From NCBI GenBank assembly GCA_041302745.1, contig JBFYQP010000125.1:1-54353 (forward strand): a stretch of 54,353 nt of DNA. Direction: 5' to 3'. The position numbers and the translations under genes are program-made. This document shows positions 1 through 8,247 of the stretch, piece after piece (the stretch's first letter is position 1; each line of letters begins with the position of its first letter). A model generated the notes under the pieces. The model did no database searches. It had not been told where the DNA came from and saw nothing but the letters and a program-made list of their open reading frames with translations. The DNA comes from Candidatus Bipolaricaulota bacterium (lineage in GTDB: Bacteria; Bipolaricaulota; Bipolaricaulia; UBA7950; UBA9294).

Positions 1-158
1 TTGCCGACGGCGGCGACGGCTACGCGGCGTTCGCCGGCGGAACCGATCGGGTCGACACGGGATGGCTTCTGTCCGACGTTCTGGCCGAGTACCTGACAGC
101 CAAGTCCCCGGTTGCGCCCCATGTCGGGGGGAGGATCCGGACGCCCGAGGGTCGCTAG
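1..158 (+). CDS. C-terminal fragment of a 5'-nucleotidase/UshA-like metallophosphatase (gene starts upstream of the window)
   Basis: Frame 3 reads ADGGDGYAAFAGGTDRVDTGWLLSDVLAEYLTAKSPVAPHVGGRIRTPEGR*, stop TAG at 156-158. The GGDGY...EGRI pattern resembles the 5'-nucleotidase C-terminal domain. It has no in-window start, so it is absent from the ORF track. Confidence 0.4.
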   Translation, partial: ADGGDGYAAFAGGTDRVDTGWLLSDVLAEYLTAKSPVAPHVGGRIRTPEGR

Positions 159-191
159 GGCGGACAGCCAGACCGAGAGCTCGAGGGCGAC

Positions 192-713
192 CTAGGCCCT
201 GTCGACGGTGTACGCCGACAGGATTTCGCCGCAGACCGCGAGGTGCGGGTCCCCCTTGGGGTAGTACCGCTCCACGACGTCGCCGGCCTCGAAGTCGACA
301 AGCTCCTCCTGAGTGCGAGCGACAATGCGGCATTCGTAGTAGAGAACGCAACCATCGACCACGGGTGTGTCGACGCTTCTCCCCGGAAGAGCCGTGAGTC
401 CTGCGGCCTTCATCTTGTCAAGCTCCCGGCCGGACTTCGATCCACAGAGAGCGAGTTCCTTGGTGAGCTGGCCCGGCCGGGGAACACTCACCGTGAAGCT
501 CTTGGACGCCCGGATGCAGGCGTGCGTGTAGCGGCTCTTCCGCACGTACACGGTGAGGATGGGGCGGCTCCACACGATACCGACCTGGGCCCATCCGATC
601 GTCATCGGGTTCGGTCGGCCCGAGGCGTCCACGGAGACGAGGAAGGCCCCACCCGTCGAAAGCGCGTCGCGCAGCAGTTGCGTTCGCTCGTTCCACTGGA
701 TTGTGCGTCCCAC
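192..713 (-). CDS. Flavin reductase-like FMN-binding split-barrel protein
   Basis: 173-aa ORF. PNPMTIGWAQVGIVWSRPILTVYVRKSRYT resembles the Flavin_Reduct domain core. Length fits the family. Confidence 0.65.
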   Translation of the reverse strand: MGRTIQWNERTQLLRDALSTGGAFLVSVDASGRPNPMTIGWAQVGIVWSRPILTVYVRKSRYTHACIRASKSFTVSVPRPGQLTKELALCGSKSGRELDKMKAAGLTALPGRSVDTPVVDGCVLYYECRIVARTQEELVDFEAGDVVERYYPKGDPHLAVCGEILSAYTVDRA

Positions 714-722
714 AGCGACCTC

Positions 723-1139
723 CTAGAAGTACACGTAGTAGCAGACGTGCCATGCCGTGTTGGCGGCGAACATCGCGACGATCGACACGTTGAATGCCGC
801 GGCGATTCCCCTCCCCTTGAGGAGGATGTACGTCGGGACGACGAGCGCCGCAAGTCGGAGCAGGATGAGAAAAGCAAGCTGCCACGCGTCCGCACGGAAC
901 CAAGGCAGGAAGACGCAGGCGTTGATCGAGTAGCCGACCGCCGACATGGCGACGAACACCCACGGGTTGAGGTCGTGCTCCCTTGCGAGGCGCCAAGGCC
1001 TCGCAAGCAACCGCAGACCCTTCTCGAGAATCAACTCGCCGCGCCGAGGCGCGGCGAGCGCCGCAACGAAATCCACTCTAGACAGCGTTCGCTCTTGCAT
1101 AGTAATGGGCGTGAGTCCGGCTCCTTCCTGAGCCCTCAC
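723..1139 (-). CDS. Hypothetical integral membrane protein
   Basis: 138-aa ORF with 3-4 hydrophobic helices (VFVAMSAVGYSINACVFLPWF, LAFLILLRLAALVVPTYILL, AAAFNVSIVAMFAANTAW). It ends 10 nt upstream of the next gene on the same strand. Start uncertain (alternative ATG at 1100). Confidence 0.5.
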   Translation of the reverse strand: MRAQEGAGLTPITMQERTLSRVDFVAALAAPRRGELILEKGLRLLARPWRLAREHDLNPWVFVAMSAVGYSINACVFLPWFRADAWQLAFLILLRLAALVVPTYILLKGRGIAAAFNVSIVAMFAANTAWHVCYYVYF

Positions 1140-1263
1140 GCTACCGCTCTCCGGTCATCGTTTCCGCGCACACGTCCCGCGGCAATGGCGCAACCGTACC
1201 CGCCCGTTGTGGGGAAGATGTGTGCATTCGGCGGCCGACGGGTGGCGGGGCCCGATGCCGCGG

Positions 1264-2601
1264 CTACTCGGCAAACCGCCGCTCCAGGCGGCGATCCTCT
1301 CGGACGTCCTCGGCCGACTTGATCCGAAGCCAGGGCTCGACCCGGTGCAGGGAGACGTCGCGCCGAAGGAGGGCGTCGCCGTTTCCGGTCACGTGAAGCA
1401 GCACGGCGTCGTCGCGGCCAATCCACCCGCGGTCGAGACCCTCCTCAAGTCCGCACAGGGCCGCACCGGCCTCGGGGCCGATCGGCACTCCCTCCAGGTT
1501 CTCGAACAGCCGCTGCGCCGTGACGATGTCCTCGTTCGTCGCAGCGTAGGTTCGTCCTCCCGTCGCGCGCAGGGCCTCCCAGACTCCCCCGGCCAGCGCG
1601 TACGGCGGCCTGCGGTTTGCGAGCACCGGAGCGCAGATCTCGGCGATCCGACGCACCTCGTCACTTGCGTCAGCCGGCAGGAGGGTTGCCGCTCCGGCAC
1701 TCCACGCGTCGTGGATCGGAGCGAACGGAGCGTTCTGGACCAGGTGTAGGCTCGGAAGCGGGCCATGGAACGAGCCGGACGCGATCAGACGCGCGGAGGC
1801 CTCCCAGGCGGCGATGCCGCCGGTGCCGCTGCCGACGGCCTGAACGTAGTGCGCCGGCAGCGCGCCGAACGTCCGGGCGTACTCAAGGAGAGCCGTCCCC
1901 ATCCCGTCTCGGCGCGCGACGTTGCGCGCTCCCCCCTCCGAAGCGATCGAGAAGGTCGACGAAACCGCTCCGGCGGCCTCGATCGCGCCGGAGTAGTCGC
2001 TGCTCCCGTCGAGGACGATCAAGCGCACGGCATCGCTCGGCTGGATGGGAAGCCAGATGGCTTCGAGCGCGGTCTCCGGGACGACGATGTAGGTTCGAAA
2101 CCCGAGGAGCGTTGCCGCGTACGCGAACGCTCGCGCGGTGCTTCCGGCGGAGGCGAGGACGATCGCATCGACGCCGGCCTCTTGAAGGTAGAGGAGAGTC
2201 GGGAGCGCCTCGAAGTCCTTGAACGTCCCCGTCGGGTTGCGCGCGCCGACCTCCGGAGCGTATCCGTTGAACGCCACGGCAAGATGCCGCAGTCCGAGAT
2301 GTCGAGCCAGCCGCTCGCTCTCGTAGACGACGGGCCCGACGGGAGTGTCGATCACCGCCTTCGGCGGCAGCCAGTTCGAGAAGCGGAAGATGTCCCGGCG
2401 ATCGAGGGGCCGAAACCTGGGCTCTTCGTAGTCGCTTCGTAGGAGCGCGTCGGGACAACGCGGACAGGCAAGCGCCGGCGGCGCGACGCGCTCCCCGCAA
2501 CGTGAGCATCGAAGAGCAAGCTTCGCGGGCGTCGAGGAAGAAGGGGTCGTAGTCATCGGATCGGCTGGGATCGTGTCCCGGCGGCCGGAAGCATCGTCCA
2601 C
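1264..2601 (-). CDS. Threonine-synthase-fold PLP enzyme, cysteate-synthase-like
   Basis: N-terminal Cys4 ribbon (CSRCGE...CPRC). PLP-lysine motif NPTGTFKDFEALPT has FKD-F-EA where threonine synthases have FKDRG. FNGYAPEVGA and a glycine loop GSGTGGIAAW are also present. Start ambiguous (GTG 2601 or ATG 2556). Confidence 0.6.
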   Translation of the reverse strand: MDDASGRRDTIPADPMTTTPSSSTPAKLALRCSRCGERVAPPALACPRCPDALLRSDYEEPRFRPLDRRDIFRFSNWLPPKAVIDTPVGPVVYESERLARHLGLRHLAVAFNGYAPEVGARNPTGTFKDFEALPTLLYLQEAGVDAIVLASAGSTARAFAYAATLLGFRTYIVVPETALEAIWLPIQPSDAVRLIVLDGSSDYSGAIEAAGAVSSTFSIASEGGARNVARRDGMGTALLEYARTFGALPAHYVQAVGSGTGGIAAWEASARLIASGSFHGPLPSLHLVQNAPFAPIHDAWSAGAATLLPADASDEVRRIAEICAPVLANRRPPYALAGGVWEALRATGGRTYAATNEDIVTAQRLFENLEGVPIGPEAGAALCGLEEGLDRGWIGRDDAVLLHVTGNGDALLRRDVSLHRVEPWLRIKSAEDVREDRRLERRFAE

Positions 2602-2659
2602 CGCGGGCTCACGTGCAAGCCGCGCTCGCCGGACGTTGGACGTAGACAGGAGCTGCGGT

Positions 2660-3265
2660 ATGCTGAACGCGATGAGGATCTCGAGGTTACCGCCCGGTCA
2701 GTCGTGGGTCGAGGAGCCGATCGTGTATGACATCGGCCCGGTGCCGCCGGTCCGGCTGGAGGACTATCGCTTACGCCTCTCGGGTGGGGTGAGGAACCCG
2801 ACCGACCTCTCCTGGTCGGAGGTCCAGGCCCTTCCGCGCGCCCGCGTGAGGCGGGACTTCCACTGCGTTACGACGTGGAGCGTGCGTGGGGTCCTTTGGG
2901 AAGGTGTCTCGACCCGCACCGTTCTCGAGCGAATCCTGGTCGCGCCCGACGTCCGTTGGGTGTTCGTCCGATGCCGAGACGGATACTCCACCGACGTCCC
3001 GATCGACGCCTTCGCACGCCGCGACTCGCTGCTCGCCGACCGCATGAACGGGAGCGTCCTGGCCGCCGAACACGGAGCCCCGCTCCGGCTCGTCATTCCG
3101 TGCCTGTACGCCTGGAAGAGCGCCAAGTACGTCCTGGAATTGGAGTTCCTCTCCGTGCGGCGTCCCGGCTTCTGGGAACAGCGGGGCTACCACGACCGCG
3201 GGGATCCGTGGCGCGAGGAGCGATTCCGACTGAACCCGAGTGCGACGAAGGACGAGGGCGAGTGA
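2660..3265 (+). CDS. Sulfite-oxidase-fold molybdopterin-binding oxidoreductase (single catalytic domain)
   Basis: ATG at 2660 follows GACAGGAG. FHCVTTWS contains the Mo-ligand Cys motif; GAPLRLVIPCLYAWKSAKYV and FWEQRGYH are typical of the Oxidored_molyb domain. The track ORF 2573-3265 is trimmed to the RBS-supported start. Confidence 0.8.
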   Translation: MLNAMRISRLPPGQSWVEEPIVYDIGPVPPVRLEDYRLRLSGGVRNPTDLSWSEVQALPRARVRRDFHCVTTWSVRGVLWEGVSTRTVLERILVAPDVRWVFVRCRDGYSTDVPIDAFARRDSLLADRMNGSVLAAEHGAPLRLVIPCLYAWKSAKYVLELEFLSVRRPGFWEQRGYHDRGDPWREERFRLNPSATKDEGE

Positions 3266-4260
3266 CGAAAGGCCGACTAGTACTCCGCGCCGCCGGCGCC
3301 CTGGCGGTCCTCTTGGCTCTGCTCGCCGGCAGCGCGCAGGGAACGGTTCCGCGGCTCCCCGTGATCCTCGTGTACGGGTTCCAGCCCGCGCCCGGCTTTC
3401 TTCCGACCCGCCTGTGGGAGACGTTCGCCGAGCGGCTGTCCGGCCGTTCGATCGCCGAAGCCGAGAAGCGAGCGGTCGACGAGAACCACATGATCTACGT
3501 GCTCGGCGCCGCGGACCAAGAGCACTTCGACGTCTATCTCAGCCACTACGCGGGATCTCTCGAGCCCACCCTCCGCGATCTGCGCTTCTACGCAGCGCGG
3601 CTTGCCGAGGAGGTCGCCTGGGTCCGGGCCGACACCGGCGCCGAGGCCGTGGATCTCGTCGGCCACAGCATGGGCGGCCTCGTCGCTCGCTGCTACGTCG
3701 AGTGCGACGACTTCGGGCCGCTGCTCGGGCAATCGGGGTTCGAGGACTACGGAACAACGTATCGCCACGACGTGCGAACGTTGATCGCCTTGGCGACGCC
3801 ACACCACGGCGCCGGCCTTGCGGGACTGGGGACGTGGCTCGGCCCCCTCATCGCGGAGCTCTCCCCCGACAGCCAACTCCTGCAGACGCTCAACAAGTCA
3901 GGCCCAAACGGCCTCGCCATCGATCCTGCGGTCCGATACGTGGCAATGGCCGGCCAGAGCTGCTTCGGCTGCGGGCTGCTTCGAGATGGACGGGGCTGTC
4001 AGGAGCGATGCGTGAGGGACGCCGTCGCGTGGTCGGGATCGGACCTCATGGTCTCGATGGAATCCGCTCGCCTTCCCGGCGCGGAGAACACCGCGTGCCT
4101 GGGGATGGATCACGTCGACATGCACGTGAACGCTTTGCTCGCCGACGCCGTGGCCGCCGTGCTCGCCGGCGCGCCCGCGCCCGCCTTCCTGTTCGCGGAC
4201 TCCCAGCTCGATCCCGCGCTCTTTCCGACGTCGAACGACGACGAGGGCTCTTCGCCCTAG
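3262..4260 (+). CDS. Secreted alpha/beta-hydrolase, lipase/esterase (COG1075/PGAP1-like)
   Basis: GTG start at 3262 overlaps the previous stop (GTGA). Signal peptide LVLRAAGALAVLLALLAGSAQG. Nucleophile elbow VDLVGHSMGGLVARCYVE. Confidence 0.7.
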   Translation: MTKGRLVLRAAGALAVLLALLAGSAQGTVPRLPVILVYGFQPAPGFLPTRLWETFAERLSGRSIAEAEKRAVDENHMIYVLGAADQEHFDVYLSHYAGSLEPTLRDLRFYAARLAEEVAWVRADTGAEAVDLVGHSMGGLVARCYVECDDFGPLLGQSGFEDYGTTYRHDVRTLIALATPHHGAGLAGLGTWLGPLIAELSPDSQLLQTLNKSGPNGLAIDPAVRYVAMAGQSCFGCGLLRDGRGCQERCVRDAVAWSGSDLMVSMESARLPGAENTACLGMDHVDMHVNALLADAVAAVLAGAPAPAFLFADSQLDPALFPTSNDDEGSSP

Positions 4261-5117
4261 TGCATCGTCCCGAAGCGAGTGAGCGGCCAGACGCGGAGGT
4301 ACGGGACTCCGATCATGTCCCGGTCGTCGACGAAGCCCCAGAAGCGTGAGTCGAATGACTCTCTCGAGTTGTCGCCGAGGACGAAGTAGAACCCCTCAGG
4401 CACTTTCGTCGGCTCGACGCCGAATCGGAGCCGGGCGTCGTCCGAATAGTAGAACCGATCGAAGCGCTCGCCCGTCAGCTTGGCGCCGTCCACGTAGATC
4501 GCGCCGTCGCGGATCTGAACCGTCTGCCCGCCCACGGCAATGAGGCGTTTGACGTAGCGCATTCGCCTTTCGCTCGTCTGGATGCCGAGGTCGGCGATCG
4601 TCTTTGCATTCGCCGCCTTCGTTCCGAGGTCATAGCGCCGCCCGTCCGCGGTGGTCAGCTGAAGCGGCGTCCCGCTCGCCCACGTCGCGAAACGATCGTT
4701 GAGGAACGCCGTCGAGTACGCAGGCTCCGAATTCAGGTACAGGAGGCGGACCCCCGTCGGCACCTTCGCCGTGGCGGCGGGCGAGTTCTCGGTCACCTTC
4801 TTCACATGCACTTCCTCGGTGTGGCGGAAGACGACGATGTCTCCCGGCTTCGGGTCGCGGAAGTAGTAGGTGATCCGGTCGACAAAGAACGAGTCCTTCG
4901 GGTCGATCGTGGGAATCATCGACCCGGTGGGGACATGCATCCGCACGGTGACGAACGTCATGATCAGCGCAGCGAGCGCACCCGCCACGACGAGGACTTC
5001 GATCCACTCGAGGACCTCACGCATGACGCGCCCGGGTTGCCACCCCATCTTCCACGCCCAGCGGACGATGACGGCGGGCTTTCGTTCCTTCTTGGGCCGC
5101 TTGCTGCTCCACGACAT
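4257..5117 (-). CDS. lepB: Signal peptidase I
   Basis: TM anchor, SMIPTI Ser box, GDIVVF, KRLIAVGGQTV and GDNSRESFDSRFWGFV boxes. ATG at 5117 follows GAGGGAGG with a 5-nt spacer. Convergent 4-nt overlap with the lipase gene. Confidence 0.9.
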   Translation of the reverse strand: MSWSSKRPKKERKPAVIVRWAWKMGWQPGRVMREVLEWIEVLVVAGALAALIMTFVTVRMHVPTGSMIPTIDPKDSFFVDRITYYFRDPKPGDIVVFRHTEEVHVKKVTENSPAATAKVPTGVRLLYLNSEPAYSTAFLNDRFATWASGTPLQLTTADGRRYDLGTKAANAKTIADLGIQTSERRMRYVKRLIAVGGQTVQIRDGAIYVDGAKLTGERFDRFYYSDDARLRFGVEPTKVPEGFYFVLGDNSRESFDSRFWGFVDDRDMIGVPYLRVWPLTRFGTMH

Positions 5118-5299
5118 CGGAACCTCCCTCACCCTGCGCTACGGCAGACCCGTAGTGATAGCGAATTCGGAGCGTCGGAGCAACTCGCGGGCGTCGCGGC
5201 CCGTCGCGTTCGGTTCGGCGACCCCGTATACTGCGGGCGAGGTATGTCTAGGCAACGCCATCCAGCCTCGCGCGGATGGCGTTTCTCTTTGGAGGGGAC

Positions 5300-6964
5300 A
5301 TGGCGATTCGGCTCGCAGTCGTGGCAGCGTACTTGGGAGCTCTCCTTGGCATCGGACTCCTCGCCCGCGCAAAGCGGCGCAAGACATCGGACGACTACTT
5401 CCTCGCCTCGCGAACGCTGCCGGGCTGGGTCCTCTTCCTGACGATGGCGGCGACCAACTTCAGCGCGTTCACGGTCTTCGGGTTCTCCGGCGCCGGATGG
5501 AGAATCGGGTACGCGTTCTATCCCATCATGGCGTTCGGAACGGGGTTCATGGCCCTTTCGTTCGTCCTGATCGGACACCCCGTCTGGCGGCTGGGTAAGG
5601 AGCACGGGCTGATCACCCCGCCGGAACTGGTCTTTCAGCAGACGAAGAGCCCGGGACTGCGTCTCGTCTTCTTCCTCGTCATGGCTGCGTTCACGCTTCC
5701 GTACCTCGCCATCCAGCCGATGGCCGCTGGGTACGCCCTCGCGTCCCTGTTCGGGACTCCGTACTACGTCGGCGCTGCCGTCGTCACCGGCGTAATCCTC
5801 GTCTACGTCCTCGTCGGCGGATTCCGCGGCGAGGTGTGGACCGACGTCTTCCAGGGCGCGATGATGATCGTTCTCATGACCCTTGGGCTCGTGGCCGTCG
5901 CGGCGCCATTCGGAGGGATGGCCGCGGCGAACCGAGCTGCGGCAGCCGAGTTCCCTGCTCTCTTCTCACGTCCGGGCCTCGACGGCACGTTCACTCCGGG
6001 GATCTGGTTCGGGTACATGATCCTCTGGTTCCTCTGCGATCCGATGTTCCCGCAGCTCTTTCAGCGCTTCTACGCCGCAAAAAACCCCCGCGCCCTCTCG
6101 ACGACGATGGCTCTGTACCCCCTTGTGACAGGGTTCCTGTTCCTGCTTCCGGTCGCCATCGGCGTCATGGGACGGCTGTCGTACCCGCAATTGCCCAGCG
6201 GAACCGCATCCGACCAGATCCTGCCGCTCCTGTTGCACAAGCACGCGTCGCCGCTCGTCGAGACCCTCGTGCTCTCCGCGGGCCTCGCCGCGCTCATCAC
6301 CACCCTCGACTCGCAGCTCTTGACCCTGTCGTCAATGTTCACGCGCGACGTCTACGCACCGCTGCGGGCACGCCTCGCGCGAAGCCGGACGGAGATCGCG
6401 CCGCCATCGGAGTGGGTCGGCCGCGCGTTCGTCGTCGTCCTTGGGCTCGCCGGCCTCGCCCTCGCGTACCGGCCGCCGGCCACGTTCCTCGAGATCACCA
6501 CCGAGGCGTTCACCGGTCTTGCCGTCCTGTTTCCGACGGTGATCGGAGCGATCTACTGGCGGCGCATGAACGCCCGAGCCGCGATCGCATCCATCGTTTT
6601 CGGAGAGGGACTCGTCGCCGCCTACCACGTGAAGGCACTACCCACGTTCGGCACGCTCCCCGTCGTCCCCGTCATCATCGGAACGACCCTCGTCCTCGTC
6701 GTCGGCAGCTTCCTCTCGAGGGGCCGCGAGCGGCGGCCGAGCCCCTTGCCGCACGTGCTCAGTCGCAGGGCGTCCATCGCTTGGGCCGTCGTGCTCGCGC
6801 TCTTCTTCCTCGCCTCGCAGGACCTGTGGGCGTGGGGCAGCGAACGCCTCGGCTGGTTCGGCTTCCCGTGGTGGGTGTGGTATTCGGCCGGCCTGTGCGT
6901 CCTGCTCGCCGTCGCGTTCTGGACACTCGGGAAAGCCCTCGAGCGGAACCACGATAGACCATAA
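5300..6964 (+). CDS. Sodium:solute symporter family (SSF) transporter
   Basis: About 13 predicted TM helices and SSF-like N-terminus (DDYFLASRTLPGWVLFLTMAATNFSAFTVFG). ATG 5300 follows GGAGGGG. The track start 5276 lies inside a leader hairpin. Confidence 0.85.
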   Translation: MAIRLAVVAAYLGALLGIGLLARAKRRKTSDDYFLASRTLPGWVLFLTMAATNFSAFTVFGFSGAGWRIGYAFYPIMAFGTGFMALSFVLIGHPVWRLGKEHGLITPPELVFQQTKSPGLRLVFFLVMAAFTLPYLAIQPMAAGYALASLFGTPYYVGAAVVTGVILVYVLVGGFRGEVWTDVFQGAMMIVLMTLGLVAVAAPFGGMAAANRAAAAEFPALFSRPGLDGTFTPGIWFGYMILWFLCDPMFPQLFQRFYAAKNPRALSTTMALYPLVTGFLFLLPVAIGVMGRLSYPQLPSGTASDQILPLLLHKHASPLVETLVLSAGLAALITTLDSQLLTLSSMFTRDVYAPLRARLARSRTEIAPPSEWVGRAFVVVLGLAGLALAYRPPATFLEITTEAFTGLAVLFPTVIGAIYWRRMNARAAIASIVFGEGLVAAYHVKALPTFGTLPVVPVIIGTTLVLVVGSFLSRGRERRPSPLPHVLSRRASIAWAVVLALFFLASQDLWAWGSERLGWFGFPWWVWYSAGLCVLLAVAFWTLGKALERNHDRP

Positions 6965-7051
6965 GGAAACCCGAGAGGATGAGCACATCCGCTCGCATGG
7001 TGGGGATCAGCGACTGGCTGCCGCGCACAAGGACAGCGAGTTCCAGGGCAG

Positions 7052-7894
7052 CTACTGGGGCGCGTCGATCCACACCGGCGCGTTCACGTCCGTGAGTTCC
7101 ATGGTCCAGAGCAGCGACCCGCGGTTGCCGTCTTCGTCGACTCCGCTGGCCGCGAACCGGTAGCGGACCGGGTACCCGGCCTCGGCGATCCAGACTTCGG
7201 CGACGGCGTCGGTGATCTCTCCCTGCCAGAACTCCGACCAGCCGCGGTACGTCGACGCGTAGTGCCGTGACGGGGTGCCACTCACGATCTCGACTCCGGC
7301 AAACGTAGACGTCGTCCCCATCCCCTCGGCGAAGCGGCCCCAGCTCATCGCCGGGACGTAGACAAGGATCGCCTGGCTCGCCGCATCGGCCACGAGGGTC
7401 GGCACGGCCGTCCACTCGGCGCCGTCGAGGATCCACGCACGCTGGCCGACACGGAGGAGACCGAACTCCTCGCCCGTCTCAAGGTCCTTCCACGTCATGC
7501 GCTGCCGATCGGGCGCCGCAACGGCTCCGCGGACCTCGACCGACCCGGACTCGGGCTTCCCCTTGTCCCCCGCGACGAAGGAGAACGTCGTCACGTACCG
7601 GTAGCTCTGCAGCGCGGCGAGGGCCGCCGCCGACTGGGCAAAGACGCCCTCCGGGGGCGGGACGGTGACGTCGACCGAGACGCTCGCGCCGCCGGGGACC
7701 GCGGACGCAGCGATCTCGACCCCGGGCTTCGTCGCCGTGGGGGTTGGAGACACCGCCGCAGGCCCGTCGGACGGCTTCGCCGCGGGCTGCGCGGCGGGCG
7801 ACGATGCCGTGGGAGCCTCTCGATTGGACGAGCAAGCGACGACGAGAACAGGCAGTAGAACCATCAAAACAAGGACGCGGGTCTTTCTCTTCAC
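7052..7894 (-). CDS. Lipoprotein of unknown function
   Basis: GTG at 7894 follows GGAGAGGA. Lipobox LLPVLVVAC-S, then a Pro/Ala-rich linker and a ~200-aa beta-rich domain. The track ORF extends to 8308 but that upstream part looks non-coding. Confidence 0.65.
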   Translation of the reverse strand: MKRKTRVLVLMVLLPVLVVACSSNREAPTASSPAAQPAAKPSDGPAAVSPTPTATKPGVEIAASAVPGGASVSVDVTVPPPEGVFAQSAAALAALQSYRYVTTFSFVAGDKGKPESGSVEVRGAVAAPDRQRMTWKDLETGEEFGLLRVGQRAWILDGAEWTAVPTLVADAASQAILVYVPAMSWGRFAEGMGTTSTFAGVEIVSGTPSRHYASTYRGWSEFWQGEITDAVAEVWIAEAGYPVRYRFAASGVDEDGNRGSLLWTMELTDVNAPVWIDAPQ

Positions 7895-7946
7895 ACCGGT
7901 ACCCCCTGTCCTCTCCTCCCGGCAGCGAGAGAGAACGTGGCAGTCT

Positions 7947-7991
7947 ACGAGACGCGGCGCGTCCATGGCAACGAGACGCGGCGCGTCCATG
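7947..7991. repeat. Two copies of a 21-nt unit (ACGAGACGCGGCGCGTCCATG), 24-bp period, each holding the 6-1-6 palindrome GACGCG-G-CGCGTC
   Basis: Direct reading: copies at 7947-7967 and 7971-7991. They lie 53-97 nt upstream of the lipoprotein start in the divergent intergenic region. Confidence 0.8.
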
Positions 7992-8247
7992 ACCGCGGGA
8001 TGCGGTGCCTTGAGCAACCCCGCCCGTCGGCGTCCCCGGTGTCGACCGACTCCCACAAATTCGTGTATACTGCCGCGCCACCCGCCCTGCGGGTGAGTTG
8101 ATCGAAAAGGGGGTGATCGCATGACTCGAACTCGAAGCACGTCGGCGACGCCCCCGGTCTCGCCTCGGTAGACAGCGAGTCGCATTCGCGCTCCTTTCCA
8201 TCGAGCGGGCCGGGGGCGTCCCGGCGCAGGAAAAGGAGCGAATCCCA

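Noticed and set aside
243-1322. 359-aa plus-strand ORF at the left end
   Set aside because: It is antisense to the flavin-reductase-like and membrane-protein genes. It is Arg/Asp/His-rich with no motifs.
5276-5299. Track start codon (ATG 5276) for the symporter
   Set aside because: It lies inside a 7-bp hairpin and lacks an RBS. ATG 5300 has GGAGGGG 5 nt upstream and starts directly at TM1. The choice remains uncertain.
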